Part shown: piece after piece, positions 52,642-64,000 of the stretch
How the letters are laid out: each line of letters starts with the position of its first letter
How positions within the stretch are numbered: position 1 is the stretch's first letter
Origin: an uncultured Actinomycetes bacterium
Lineage (GTDB): Bacteria > Actinomycetota > Acidimicrobiia > IMCC26256 > PALSA-610
NCBI GenBank assembly: GCA_963745645.1
Contig: CAVUYD010000004.1
Location: 767,031-831,030, forward strand
Reading direction: 5' to 3'
Length of the DNA stretch: 64,000 bases
The notes under the pieces: generated by a model
What the model was told of the DNA's origin: nothing
The model's database searches: none
What the model saw: only the letters and a program-made list of their open reading frames with translations
Translations under genes and position numbers: made by a program

Positions 52642-53121
52642 TCACGCGGGCCAGGTGAGCAGGAGGTCGGCGCGGGCCTGGGTCATGACCTCGCCGGGCA
52701 TCACCCGCAACCGCCACGGCGTGAGCCGCATCGCGACGAACGACTCCGCGATCGGACTCGTCCACACGGGGATGATCGACGGGTCGTAACCCACCGGCTC
52801 GGGCGCGGACACGAACCGTTCCCATACCTGGATGCGCGTGTCGTCGTCGTACACGAGCTCGGCACTGCACTCGGCCGTACACGTGTCGTGGTTCGGTGCC
52901 CAGTAGGTGAGCGACGCATACGGGTGCGCCTCGAGGTGCGCGCGCTTGATCGGTGTCGGCGAGGTCGCGATCCAGCCCGTGAGCTGCGTGCCGTCCCAGT
53001 CCCAGACCGGGTGGAGGATGCGTGAGCGCGGGCGGCCACGACCATCCACGGTCGCGGCCGAGCACCAGACGATCCGGTGCGCCATCTCGACGAACGCGGG
53101 GGCGACGGTGGTGAGGTCCAT
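52642..53121 (-). CDS. pyridoxamine 5'-phosphate oxidase-like (PPOX/F420-class) family protein
   Basis: ORF 52642..53157, with the likely ATG at 53121: MDLTTVAPAFVEMAHRIVWCSAATVDGRGRPRSRILHPVWDWDG...LTYWAPNHD...MRLTPWRLRV. The frame is intact. Confidence 0.7.
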   Translation of the reverse strand: MDLTTVAPAFVEMAHRIVWCSAATVDGRGRPRSRILHPVWDWDGTQLTGWIATSPTPIKRAHLEAHPYASLTYWAPNHDTCTAECSAELVYDDDTRIQVWERFVSAPEPVGYDPSIIPVWTSPIAESFVAMRLTPWRLRVMPGEVMTQARADLLLTWPA

Positions 53122-53351
53122 CCGCGCACGGTCGCACGTGAGGATCGGGCCCGGCAACCGCCGGCCGGCGGTGGTCAGAACACCGAAAAGTCGGGCCGCC
53201 CGCGGCGCGGGCGCCCGCTACACTTTTGACGCTCCGCCGTCGGGCCAATGTCGTCCCGCGGTGGCCACTCCCAGCCGGGTTCCTCCCTGCGAGGCGCTCG
53301 AACGGGACTGACCGCCCGCCCACGAACTGACGACACTGGGGACGACCCCGA

Positions 53352-56300
53352 ATGCGCAATCGCGATCTGCCCCACGCCCAGGGGCTCTACGACCCTCGCT
53401 TCGAGCACGACGCGTGCGGCGTCGGGTTCGTCGTCGACATGCAGGGCCGCAAGAGCCACGCGATCGTCGACCAGGCGCTCACCGCGGTGTGCAACCTGAA
53501 CCACCGCGGCGCGGCCGGCGCCGAGCCCGACACCGGCGACGGCGCCGGCATCCTCGTGCAGATGCCCGACCGCTTCTACCGGGCGGTCGTCGACTTCGAC
53601 GCTGCCGCCCGCGGGCGCGTACGCGACCGGCATCGCGTTCGTGCCCGCCGACCGACGTCGACGCGACGACGCGACGCCGTCGAGAAGGTGCTCGCCGACG
53701 AGGGCTTCACCGTTCTCGGCTGGCGGGACGTGCCGGTCGACGCCGACGTGCCGGGCGCGATCGGCCCGCGAGCTGATGCCCGCCTTCGCGCAGGTGTTCG
53801 TCGCCAAGAACGGGCTCGCCGGCGACGACCTCGAGCGCCACGTGTACATCGCGCGCAAGCGCATCGAGCACGAGACCGACGCGTACTTCCCGTCGCTGTC
53901 AGCGCGCGGGTCGTCGTCTACAAGGGCATGCTCACGCCCGACCAGCTCGGCGAGCTTCTACCCCGATCTCGCGCGACGAGCGCTTCGAGAGCGCGCTCGC
54001 GCTCGTGCACTCGCGCTTCTGCACGAACACGTTCCCGAGCTGGCCGCTCGCGCACCCGTACCGGATGCTCGCGCACAACGGCGAGATCAACACGGTGCAG
54101 GGCAACGAGAACTGGATGCGCGCCCGCGAAGGCGTGATGGCGAGCGACCTGCTGCCCGGCGACCTCGAGCGCGTGTTCCCGATCTGCACGCCCGGCGCGT
54201 CCGACACCGCGCGCTTCGACGAGGCGCTCGAGCTGCTCAACCTCGCCGGCCGGCCGCTGCACCACGCGATCCTCATGATGATCCCGGAGGCGTGGGAGAA
54301 CCACGAGTCGCATGGACGCGCGCGCGCAAGGCGTTCTACCGGTACCACGCGTCGCTGATGGAGCCGTGGGACGGCCCGGCGTCGATCGCGTTCACCGACG
54401 GCACGGTGATCGGCGCGGTGCTCGACCGCAACGGCCTGCGCCCGTCGCGCTACTGGGTCACCGACGACGACCTCGTGATCATGGCGAGCGAGGTCGGCGT
54501 GCTCGACGTCGACGCCCGCCAAGATCGTGAAGAAGGGCCGGCTCGAGCCGGGGAAGATCTTCCTCGTCGACACGACGCAGGGCCGCATCATCCCCGACGA
54601 GGAGATCAAGGCCGAGCTCGCCGCGCAGCACCCGTACCAGGAGTGGCTCGACGCGGGCCTCGTGCACCTCGACGACCTGCCGCCGCAGTTCCCGCTCGTG
54701 CCGCAGCACAGCTCGGCGGTGCAGCAGCAGCGCATGTTCGGCTACACCGAAGAGGACCTGCGGCTGATCATCGCGCCGATGGCGCGCAACGCGGTCGAGT
54801 CGCTCGGTTCGATGGGCACCGACACGCCGGTGCCGGTGCTCTCCGACCGGCCGCGCATGCTCTACGAGTACTTCAAGCAGCTGTTCGCGCAGGTCACGAA
54901 CCCGCCGCTCGACGCGAACTTCGAGGCGCTCGTCACGTCGCTCAACTCGACGATCGGGCCCGAGGGCAACCTGCTCGACCCGACGGCCGGAGTCGTGCCG
55001 CCAGATCGTGTGCCCGACGCCGATCCTCACCAACGAGGACCTCGCCAAGCTGCGCTACATCGACGACGGCGAGTCCGCGGTGCCCGGGCTTCACGCCGTT
55101 CACGGTCTACTGCCACTACCCGGTCGCCGAGGGCGGCGAGGGTCTGCGCATGGCGATCGACAACGTGCGCACGCAGGTGAGCGAGGCGATCGCCGAACGG
55201 CGCGAACCTCGTCATCCTCTCCGACCGCTACGCCGACGCCGAGAACGCGCCGATCCCCGCGCTGCTCGATCACCGCCGCGGTGCACCACCACCTCGTGCG
55301 CGAGAAGACACGCACGCGCGTCGGGCTCGTCGTCGAGACGGGCGAGGCGCGCGAGGTGCATCACTTCGCGCTGCTGCTCGGGTACGGCGCGGGCGCGATC
55401 AACCCGTACCTCGCGTTCGACACGATCCGCGACCTGTGCCGCGAAGGCGTGCTGACGCGGCCTCACCGAGCGCAAGGCCGTCAAGAACTACGTGAAGGCC
55501 GCGGGCAAGGGCATCCTCAAGGTGATGTCGAAGATGGGCATCTCGACCGTCGCGTCGTACACCGGCGCGCAGATCTTCGAAGCGGTCGGGCTGCAGAAGG
55601 CGCTCGTCGACGAGTACTTCACCGGCACCGCGTCGCGCATCGAGGGCATCGACCTCGACGTGATCGCCGACGAGGTCGCGGCGCCGCCACAACATCGCGT
55701 ACCCCGACCGGCCCGAGGAGCTCGCGCACCGCGAGCTGACCGGTCGGCGGCGAGTACCAGTGGCGGCGCGAAGGCGAGTACCACCTCTTCAACCCGGAGA
55801 CGGTCTTCAAGCTGCAGCACTCGACGCGCATCGGGCCGCTACGACGTCTTCAAGCAGTACACGAAGCTCGTCGACGACCAGTCGCGCCGCCTCGCGACGC
55901 TGCGCGGCCTGTTCGAGCTGCGAGACCGGCGCGCGCGCCGCCGGTGCCGATCGACGAGGTCGAGCCGGTCGCGGAGATCGTGAAGCGGTTCTCGACGCGG
56001 CGCGATGAGCTACGGCTCGATCTCGCAAGGAAGCGCACGAGAACCTCGCGATCGCGATGAACCGGCTCGGCGCGCGCTCGAACACCGGCGAGGGCGGCGA
56101 GGACCCCGACCGCTTCGTCCGCGACGCCGAACGGCGACTTGCGGCGCAGCGCGATCAAGCAGGTCGCGTCGGGCCGCTTCGGCGTGACGAGCGAGTACCT
56201 CGTGAACGCCGACGACCTGCAGATCAAGATGGCGCAGGGCGCGAAGCCGGGCGAGGGCGGCGAGCTGCCCGGGCCACAAGGTGTACCCGTGGATCGCGAA

Positions 56301-57926
56301 GACGCGGCACTCCACGCCGGGTGTCGGGCTCATCTCGCCGCCGCCGCACCACGACATCTACTCGATCGAGGATCTCAAGCAGCTGATCCACGACCTGAAG
56401 AACGCGAACAACCGGGCGCGCGTGCACGTGAAGCTCGTCGCCGAGGTCGGGGTCGGCACGGTCGCGGCGGGCGTGTCGAAGGCGCACGCCGACGTCGTGC
56501 TGATCTCCGGTCACGACGGCGGCACCGGCGCGGCGCGGCTCACGTCGATCAAGCACGCGGGCGCGCCGTGGGAGCTCGGCCTCGCCGAGACGCAGCAGAC
56601 GCTGTTGCTGAACGGGCTGCGCGACCGCATCGTCGTGCAGGTCGACGGCCAGCTGAAGACCGGCCGCGACGTGATGATCGCGGCGCTGCTCGGCGCCGAG
56701 GAGTTCGGCTTCGCGACCGCGCCGCTCGTCGTGAGCGGCTGCATCATGATGCGCGTCTGCCACCTCGACACGTGCCCGGTCGGTGTCGCGACCCAGAACC
56801 CCGAGCTGCGCAAGAAGTTCTCCGGGCAAGCCCGAGTTCGTCGTGAACTTCTTCGAGTTCATCGCCGAGGAGGTGCGCGAGCACCTCGCCGCGCTCGGGC
56901 TTCCGCTCGATCGAGGAGGCGATCGGTCACGTCGAGATGCTCGACGTGCGCCAGGCGGTCGAGCACTGGAAGGCGCGCGGCCTCGACCTCTCGCCGATCC
57001 TCGCGACGCCCGGTCAACAAGTACGAGCAGACGATTCTACTGCTCGACGGGCGCAGGACCACGGGCTCGACAAGGCGCTCGACCAGCAGCTGATCGCCGA
57101 CGCCGCGCGACGTGCTCGACGACCGGCGAGGGGCAGCTGCGCAAGTCGTACGCCGATCCGCAACGTGAACCGCACGGTCGGCACGATGCTCGGCTCCGAG
57201 CTGACGCGGCGCTGGGGCGGCGACGGGCCTGCCCGACGGCACGATCGACCTCACGTTCCACGGTTCGGCCGGCCAGAGCTTCGGCGCGTTCGTGCCGCGC
57301 GGCATCACGCTGCGGCTCGAAGGCGACGCCAACGACTACTTCGGCAAGGGCCTCTCGGGCGGCACGCTCGTGCTGCGGCCCGCCGCGCACCGCGAAGTTC
57401 GTCGCCGAGGAGAACATCATCGCCGGCAACGTGATCCTCTACGGCGCGACCGGCGGCAACGTGTTCATCCGCGGCGTCGTCGGCGAGCGGTTCTGCGTGC
57501 GCAACTCCGGCGCGACCGCGGTCGTCGAAGGCGTCGGCGACCACGGGTGCGAGTACATGACCGGTGGGCGCGCGGTGATCCTCGGGCCGACCGGCCGCAA
57601 CTTCGCGGCCGGCATGAGCGGCGGGTTCGCGTTCGTGCTGCGACCCCGACCGCTCGCTGTTCCTGCGCATGAACCGCGACATGGTCGACCTCGACGTGCT
57701 CGACGACGAAGACGTCGACTGGTTGCGCGGCGATCGTCACGCATGCACCTGGAGGTGACCGGCTCGCCGGTCGCCGAGACGCATCCTGTCGAACTGGTGG
57801 CAGCAACGTGCGGCACGTTCACGAAGATCTTCCCGAAGGACTACAAGCGCGTGCTCGAAGCCCAACGCGACGCCGATCGAACGCGGCGTCGACGTCGACG
57901 AAGCAGTCATGGCGGCCGGGCTGACG

Positions 57927-57934
<8 letters not shown>
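53352..57934 (+). pseudogene. gltB: glutamate synthase large subunit, many frame changes (at least a dozen)
   Basis: MRNRDLPHAQGLYDPRFEHDACGVGFVVDM...[21 protein letters not shown] (ORF 53352..54137); [42 protein letters not shown] (54005..54358); [22 protein letters not shown]; [18 protein letters not shown] (54527..55180); [25 protein letters not shown] (55492..55983); [28 protein letters not shown]...[10 protein letters not shown] (56281..57093); [11 protein letters not shown]...[15 protein letters not shown] (56783..57934). Confidence 0.9.
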
Positions 57935-59397
<1,463 letters not shown>

Positions 59398-59488
59398 CCC
59401 GTCACCGGCGCAGGAGCACAGTCGCGACCGGTACTCGCACCACCAGCATCATTCAGGGCATTCTGTGTGCTGTGGCGGCGGTTCGATA

Positions 59489-60340
59489 ATGCAAGGCCCG
59501 AGCCGTACCGCCGTGGTGATGGCCGTTGCGCGAGCTGCGCATCGCGATGAGCCGCCGCCATGGGTACTCGATGACGACGTGAGCTTCGCACTTGCCGGTC
59601 CTGACGCTGTAGCGGTCCGTGAGGAACTTGTCGCGCGGTTATCGCCGGACAGCCTGGTTGCGTTTACTCGCTGGGCGTGTGTGCGGGCTCGTCTGCCCGA
59701 GGACGTGACCGAGGAAGCGCTCGAATCCCTCGTTCGGCAATACGTCGTTCTGGGAGCGGGCCTGGATACCTTTGCGTATCGTCGAACTGACCTCCTGAGT
59801 CGCGGTCTTCGGGTCTTCGAAGTGGACCACCCGGCTACGCAGGAATGGAAGCGCGAGCGCCTCCGCCTGCTCGGAATCCACCCTCCTTCTGCCTTGGTGT
59901 TCGCGCCCGTCGATTTCGAGCGTCAAACGCTAGGCAGCGGGCTGAGTGCCGTGGGGTTCGACTTCTCGGCCCCGGCCGTCTTTTCGTGGCTCGGAGTCAC
60001 CATGTATCTCACGTGCGATGCCATCAACGCCACACTGTCAACGGTGTCCCGCTGCGCGAGGGGAACGCGGATTGTGCTGACCTACAACTTGCCGAAGGAC
60101 GCGCTCAGCGGCATCGGAGCCGAGACTGACGCAGCGCTCGCATCGTTTGCCGCAGACGTGGGAGAGCCGTTCGTCAGCCTCTTCCTGCCAGCGGAGATTG
60201 AGGAGCTGCTCCGTTCGCACGGCTTCGGTGATGTCGACCACTTCGGTCCCGACGAGGCACGAGCGACTTACTTCCCGGGACGCGACGACGTCCGGTTCGG
60301 AGGAGCGCAGCGCTTGGTCACTGCGACTGTCACGCAGTAG
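59489..60340 (+). CDS. class I SAM-dependent methyltransferase (LCMT/TIGR00027-like O-methyltransferase)
   Basis: ATG 59489 within ORF 59243..60340: [30 protein letters not shown]...[18 protein letters not shown]...[18 protein letters not shown]...[10 protein letters not shown]. The frame is intact. GC is visibly lower than in the flanks. Confidence 0.75.
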   Translation: MQGPSRTAVVMAVARAAHRDEPPPWVLDDDVSFALAGPDAVAVREELVARLSPDSLVAFTRWACVRARLPEDVTEEALESLVRQYVVLGAGLDTFAYRRTDLLSRGLRVFEVDHPATQEWKRERLRLLGIHPPSALVFAPVDFERQTLGSGLSAVGFDFSAPAVFSWLGVTMYLTCDAINATLSTVSRCARGTRIVLTYNLPKDALSGIGAETDAALASFAADVGEPFVSLFLPAEIEELLRSHGFGDVDHFGPDEARATYFPGRDDVRFGGAQRLVTATVTQ

Positions 60341-60372
60341 TGCGAGTGTCCACCCGCGCCATATCTGCCGCG

Positions 60373-60921
60373 CTATGCGCTCGACGGAGCGGCACACGAT
60401 CGGCAGCATGTCCGCGCGGTTCGGCGTTCGAGACTGCCGCGCAGCGTCAGTTCAAGTCGAGCCTCAGGTTCGACGACCCGCTTGATGCGCTCGAGCGTCA
60501 CAGTCATGCCGCGCTCCAGATCGGCTCGGCGATCCTTGACCCTCATCAGCCAGCGCTCGACGAATGCGTAGTACCAGCGCAGGTCGCGCAGCATCTCAAA
60601 CGACTCAGTGAGCCTCGTGCCAGTGCCCTCGGCATCGAATCGGTAGGTCCATCTGACGTCGGTGCCGACCTCGAACGCGAACTCCCGACCTGGGTCGGCG
60701 ACGACCACCGTCGGCTTCGTCGACCATTTCGCGATGCCACGCTTGTTCGTGCCCTTGAAACGAGCCCCAACGGCAGGCCCCGACGCGCCATCGAGCCACT
60801 CACACTTGACGGTCTCCGGGCTCCACTCACCCATCCGTGTCACGTCGCTTACGACGCCGTAGACGATCTCGGGTGGCGCGTCGACGTGAACGTGTGCCTC
60901 CGCGCTTGTTCCCTTCTGCAT
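60373..60921 (-). CDS. SRPBCC (START/polyketide-cyclase-like) family protein
   Basis: ORF 60373..60957, with the likely ATG at 60921: MQKGTSAEAHVHVDAPPEIVYGVVSDVTRMGEWSPETVKCEWLDG...FEVGTDVRWTYRFDAEGTGTRLTESFE. The last 30 codons or so may be read-through. Confidence 0.7.
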   Translation of the reverse strand: MQKGTSAEAHVHVDAPPEIVYGVVSDVTRMGEWSPETVKCEWLDGASGPAVGARFKGTNKRGIAKWSTKPTVVVADPGREFAFEVGTDVRWTYRFDAEGTGTRLTESFEMLRDLRWYYAFVERWLMRVKDRRADLERGMTVTLERIKRVVEPEARLELTLRGSLERRTARTCCRSCAAPSSA

Positions 60922-61218
60922 GTGCACCATTGTCAGAGGCTGACGCCGCGGCCGCAACCTGCGCCGCGCATCACGCGTTCAGCGCGTCTCGTACGTCCGT
61001 AGGTCGCCACCCGGCCTTTCCCGAAGCCACGCGCCGGCACTCCCGCTCGGTACGTCGATTGAAGCACTCGCGAACGGCACGAGGTATCCGCCGACCGTGT
61101 CCCACAAATGGCTCGCATGCGGTTCATATGTGGGACAGAGCGTGCGACCCGGCGACGTCGACAGCGAATCCGCCCGGGCCGTCCATCCGGGGGGCGAAGG
61201 ACGGCCCGGGTGATCCGC

Positions 61219-61707
61219 TCACCCGGCCAGTCGACGACGCACGACGATCTCGCCGGATTCCCGACGCTGCCGCACGCGTGGTTGGGCCGCGATGATCTGT
61301 TGGCGGAGCGCGTCGGCGGCGGCGTGCGCAGATGCGTACCAGCGCCGCCGCCGACGCCCGCTCCAACGATGAGGCGCGCGCACGTCCGGCCGGATCACGA
61401 GCTCGGTGACGCCGTCCGCCCACGGCGCGAGCTCGATCTCGATCGGCGTGTCGCGGCGCCCCGTCGGCAGGCGTCCGTGGGCGCGGGCGGACGCGAGATC
61501 GCTGCGGTCGAACGGTCCCGTGTCGTCACGTTGCCAGCGGCGGTCGATCGGGCACGGCGGGCGAGTGAGGCCCACGACGCCGGCGATCGCGGCCGCGAAC
61601 GGGATCGGAAGCGTGCGCGCGACCGAGAGCTGGGACCGGTTGCTGAACAGTTCGGCGTCGATCGCCGCGTCCATCCCGGCATCGAGCGCAAAAGTGCGGT
61701 CGGGCAT
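61219..61707 (-). CDS. hypothetical protein
   Basis: ORF 61219..61764 from ATG 61707: MPDRTFALDAGMDAAIDAELFSNRSQLSVARTLPIPFAAAIAGVV...IEIELAPWADGVTELVIRPDVRAPHRW...AHAAADALRQQI. I recognise no domain. Confidence 0.4.
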   Translation of the reverse strand: MPDRTFALDAGMDAAIDAELFSNRSQLSVARTLPIPFAAAIAGVVGLTRPPCPIDRRWQRDDTGPFDRSDLASARAHGRLPTGRRDTPIEIELAPWADGVTELVIRPDVRAPHRWSGRRRRRWYASAHAAADALRQQIIAAQPRVRQRRESGEIVVRRRLAG

Positions 61708-61835
61708 GCGGACATGATCGACGGTGCGTGTTACATCGCTGGAACTCCGCGACGACGTCCGCATGAAGCCGACATGGCCGTTGTCTGACTGGCGACTCTC
61801 TGACCGCCGTCCGCTCGGGCCCGTACGATGCGGCC

Positions 61836-63052
61836 ATGTACGAGTGGCCTGAAGAGCTCCAGATGATCCGGGACGCGGTCCGCCAGTTCGTGGACAGCGA
61901 GATCCGTCCGCACCGCGAAGAACTCGAGCACGGCGACCTACCGCCGTACGACCTGCTCCGCAAGCTGTACCAGACGTTCGGGATGGACTCGATGGCGCGG
62001 GATTCGTTCGCCCGCCGGATCGAGGCCGAGAAGAACGGCACGAAGATCGAGCGTGGTGGCGGCGGCGGCGGTGGTGGCGGCTTCACGCTGCTGCCGATCA
62101 TCGAGCTGTGCAAGTGCTCACCCGGCATGGTCACCGCGCTCGGCGTGTCGGTCGGGCTCACCGCCACCGCGATCATGTCGAAGGGCACGATCGCGCAGAA
62201 GGAACGATGGGCACTCGACCTGCTCACCCTCGACAAGGTCGGCGCGTGGGCGATCACCGAGCCGAACTCCGGCAGCGACGCGTTCGGATCGATGCAGGCC
62301 ACCGCGCGCGCCGCGACGGCGACGAGTACCTGTTGAAGGGTTCGAAGACCTTCATCACCAACGGCCCGTACGCCGACACGATCGTGTTCATCTGCAAGCT
62401 GGACGAGGGCAACCCGCCGGAAGACCGGAAGGTCGTGCAGTTCGTGCTCGAGAAGGGCATGCCCGGCTTCGAGCAGTCGAAGCCGTTGCGCAAGATGGGG
62501 CTGCACTCGTCACCTACCGGCATGCTGTTCCTCGACGACGTCCGCGTCGGTCGTGATCGCCTGCTGGGCGAGAGCGAAGAGGCGTACGGAGGCTCCGCAG
62601 GACGCGAGGCCTCCAAGGCGACGTTCTCGATCGAGCGCTCGGGAGTGGCGGCGATGGCGCTCGGCATCATCGAGCGCTGCATGGAGCTCTGCGTTCCCTA
62701 CGCGAAGGAGCGCGTGCAGTTCGGCAAGCCGATCGGCGAGTTCCAGCTCATCCAGCTCAAGCTCGCGAAGATGGAAGTCGCGCGGCTCAACGTCGAGAAC
62801 CTCGTGTTCCGATTCCTCGAGGCGTCGCAGGCGGGGAAGCCGATGACGCTGTCGCAAGCGTCCGCGATGAAGCTGTACTCGGCGCAGGCGGCCACGGAGG
62901 TTGCGCTCGAGGCCGTGCAGCTGTTCGGTGGCAACGGGTACATGGCCGAATACGAGGTCGAGCAGCTCGCACGCGACGCCAAGGTCCTCCAGATCTACGC
63001 CGGCACCGACGAGATCCAGATCGGTCAGATCGCCCGCTCGCTGTTGGCCTGA
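61836..63052 (+). pseudogene. acyl-CoA dehydrogenase with Gly9 insertion, one frame change near 62310
   Basis: ORF 61836..62336: MYEWPEELQMIRDAVRQFVDSEIRPHREELE...ERGGGGGGGGGFTLLP...AWAITEPNSGSDAFGSMQATA. ORF 62108..63052 continues: DGDEYLLKGSKTFITNGPYADTIVFICK...CVPYAKERVQFGKPIGEFQLIQLKLAKME...LFGGNGYMAEYEVEQLARDAKVLQIYAGTDEIQ. Confidence 0.85.
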
Positions 63053-64000
63053 CGCCGTTCGACCACGACGATCAGCCCGAGCGCGCACCCCGCGACCACG
63101 GCCGACAGGCCGAAGCCGGCGCGTACGCCGACGCTGTCGGAGAGCCGGCCCGCGAGCACCGGTAGCAGGAACGCCGAGTACTCGATCGTGCTCACGACTG
63201 CCTGCACGCTCCCGACCCGGTCGGGGTACAGGCGCACGACGCGCGTCTTGAGCGCGATGAAGTAGCGCGCGACGGCGAAGCCGAAGACGAGCTCGGCGGC
63301 GACGATCAACCAGATGTCCGCGACGAGCACGGCGACGGCGAGCGAGGCGGTGATGATCGCCATCTGGTTGCGCATGGCGCGCGCGGGCGGCCGGTAGCCG
63401 CGCCGGCTCGTCGTCACGAATCCGGCGAGCGCGCCGACGATGGACGCCGCGCCGACGGCGATCGCTCCGGCCGCGGTCAGCCCGTGGTCCCGCTCGAGGT
63501 ACGAGATGAGGAAGGCGAACGCGTCCTCGTCCAAGGCCGACAACAGCATCGCGAGCACGCCGAAGTACCACACTCGCGGATCGCGGACGATCGGGCGCAG
63601 CCCGTCGCGTGCCGAGTGCTGTGCGTCGCGCCCCGGTGGCGGCGGGAACGGGAAGGTCACGAGCCAGCTCCCGTAGACGAGCACCGTCCCGGCACCCATC
63701 GCGAACGCGACGCGCCAGCTGAGGCCGCTCAACGAGACCAGGATCAGCAGCAGCGGTCCGCACAGGTCGCCGACCGCGCCGAAGATGAACTGCCGCGAGA
63801 CGACCGCCGGTACTTCGTCACCCGCGACGTCGACGAGCGCGACATCGGTGGCATCGCACATCGCGCTCGACGCGCAGCCGAGCAGGAACGACGCGCCCGC
63901 CATCACGATCCAGGTTGGCGCGACCGCGTAACCGGCGAGCGCGACGGCGAAGCCGAACGCGCCGCCGGACGCGATCACGCGCCGGCTGCGGTAGTCCGCG
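63025..64000 (-). CDS. MFS transporter (5' end outside window)
   Basis: ORF 63025..63978 is hydrophobic throughout (IVMAGASFLLGCASS, LCGPLLLILVSL, VWYFGVLAMLLSAL, IVGALAGFVTT, IITASLAVAVLVADIWLIVAAELVFGF). The frame stays open to the window end. Confidence 0.7.
   Translation of the reverse strand, partial: ADYRSRRVIASGGAFGFAVALAGYAVAPTWIVMAGASFLLGCASSAMCDATDVALVDVAGDEVPAVVSRQFIFGAVGDLCGPLLLILVSLSGLSWRVAFAMGAGTVLVYGSWLVTFPFPPPPGRDAQHSARDGLRPIVRDPRVWYFGVLAMLLSALDEDAFAFLISYLERDHGLTAAGAIAVGAASIVGALAGFVTTSRRGYRPPARAMRNQMAIITASLAVAVLVADIWLIVAAELVFGFAVARYFIALKTRVVRLYPDRVGSVQAVVSTIEYSAFLLPVLAGRLSDSVGVRAGFGLSAVVAGCALGLIVVVERRQANSERAI

Noticed and set aside
53174-53190. GlnR-like box (GTCAG-N6-GAAAA) and a GC-rich imperfect hairpin upstream of gltB.
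   Set aside because: It is a single half-quality a/b site with a mismatch in each half and no second repeat. That is too weak to call without a matrix scan.
61098-61137. The inverted repeat considered as the terminal repeat of an IS or MITE.
   Set aside because: It is a single copy in the window. There are no flanking direct repeats and no transposase, so I keep it only as an unexplained inverted repeat.

Overview
High-GC (by eye about 70 percent) chromosomal segment that looks actinobacterial. Markers are two mycothiol-type MDMPI/DinB proteins, DUF385 and PPOX families (F420/deazaflavin-linked), HupB with a PAKKA tail, a KstR-like TetR regulator and an LPXTG surface protein. I can support about 60 protein-coding loci and one TPP riboswitch. 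I saw no rRNA, tRNA, CRISPR array, transposase or integrase. Content falls into three groups. (1) Central metabolism: gltA, gltBD, xfp-ackA. (2) A riboswitch-controlled thiamine salvage operon. (3) Many lipid/steroid-type catabolic genes: kstR with two KstR boxes, two fadD-like ligases, four acyl-CoA dehydrogenases, a P450, mcr, an Ltp-type thiolase with DUF35, a two-domain family III CoA-transferase, three tandem amidohydrolase_2 paralogs, and an alkylsulfatase-like MBL enzyme with an SDR. Major caveat: many conserved genes can only be read by switching reading frame repeatedly. The breaks are frame jumps only (I saw no nonsense codons), and they cluster in some blocks while sparing others. 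I read this as assembly indel error rather than gene decay, but I cannot prove it without reads. I use type pseudogene to mean reading frame interrupted as sequenced, not proven biological inactivation, and the ends of such loci are approximate. Most long ORFs in the six-frame track are GC-driven antisense or out-of-frame artefacts. The most interesting leads are a KstR-box-controlled sulfatase-like/SDR operon, the thiolase/DUF35/fused CoA-transferase plus mcr/triple-amidohydrolase cluster with its own HTH-GAF/PAS-like regulator, paired CCTGAC-N6-GTCAGG palindromes at an ACAD/P450 divergent promoter, and an MBL-sulfotransferase-kinase operon. I found no defence-type or clearly unprecedented system. 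All functional calls rest on my recognition of motifs and remembered family sequences, not on database searches.
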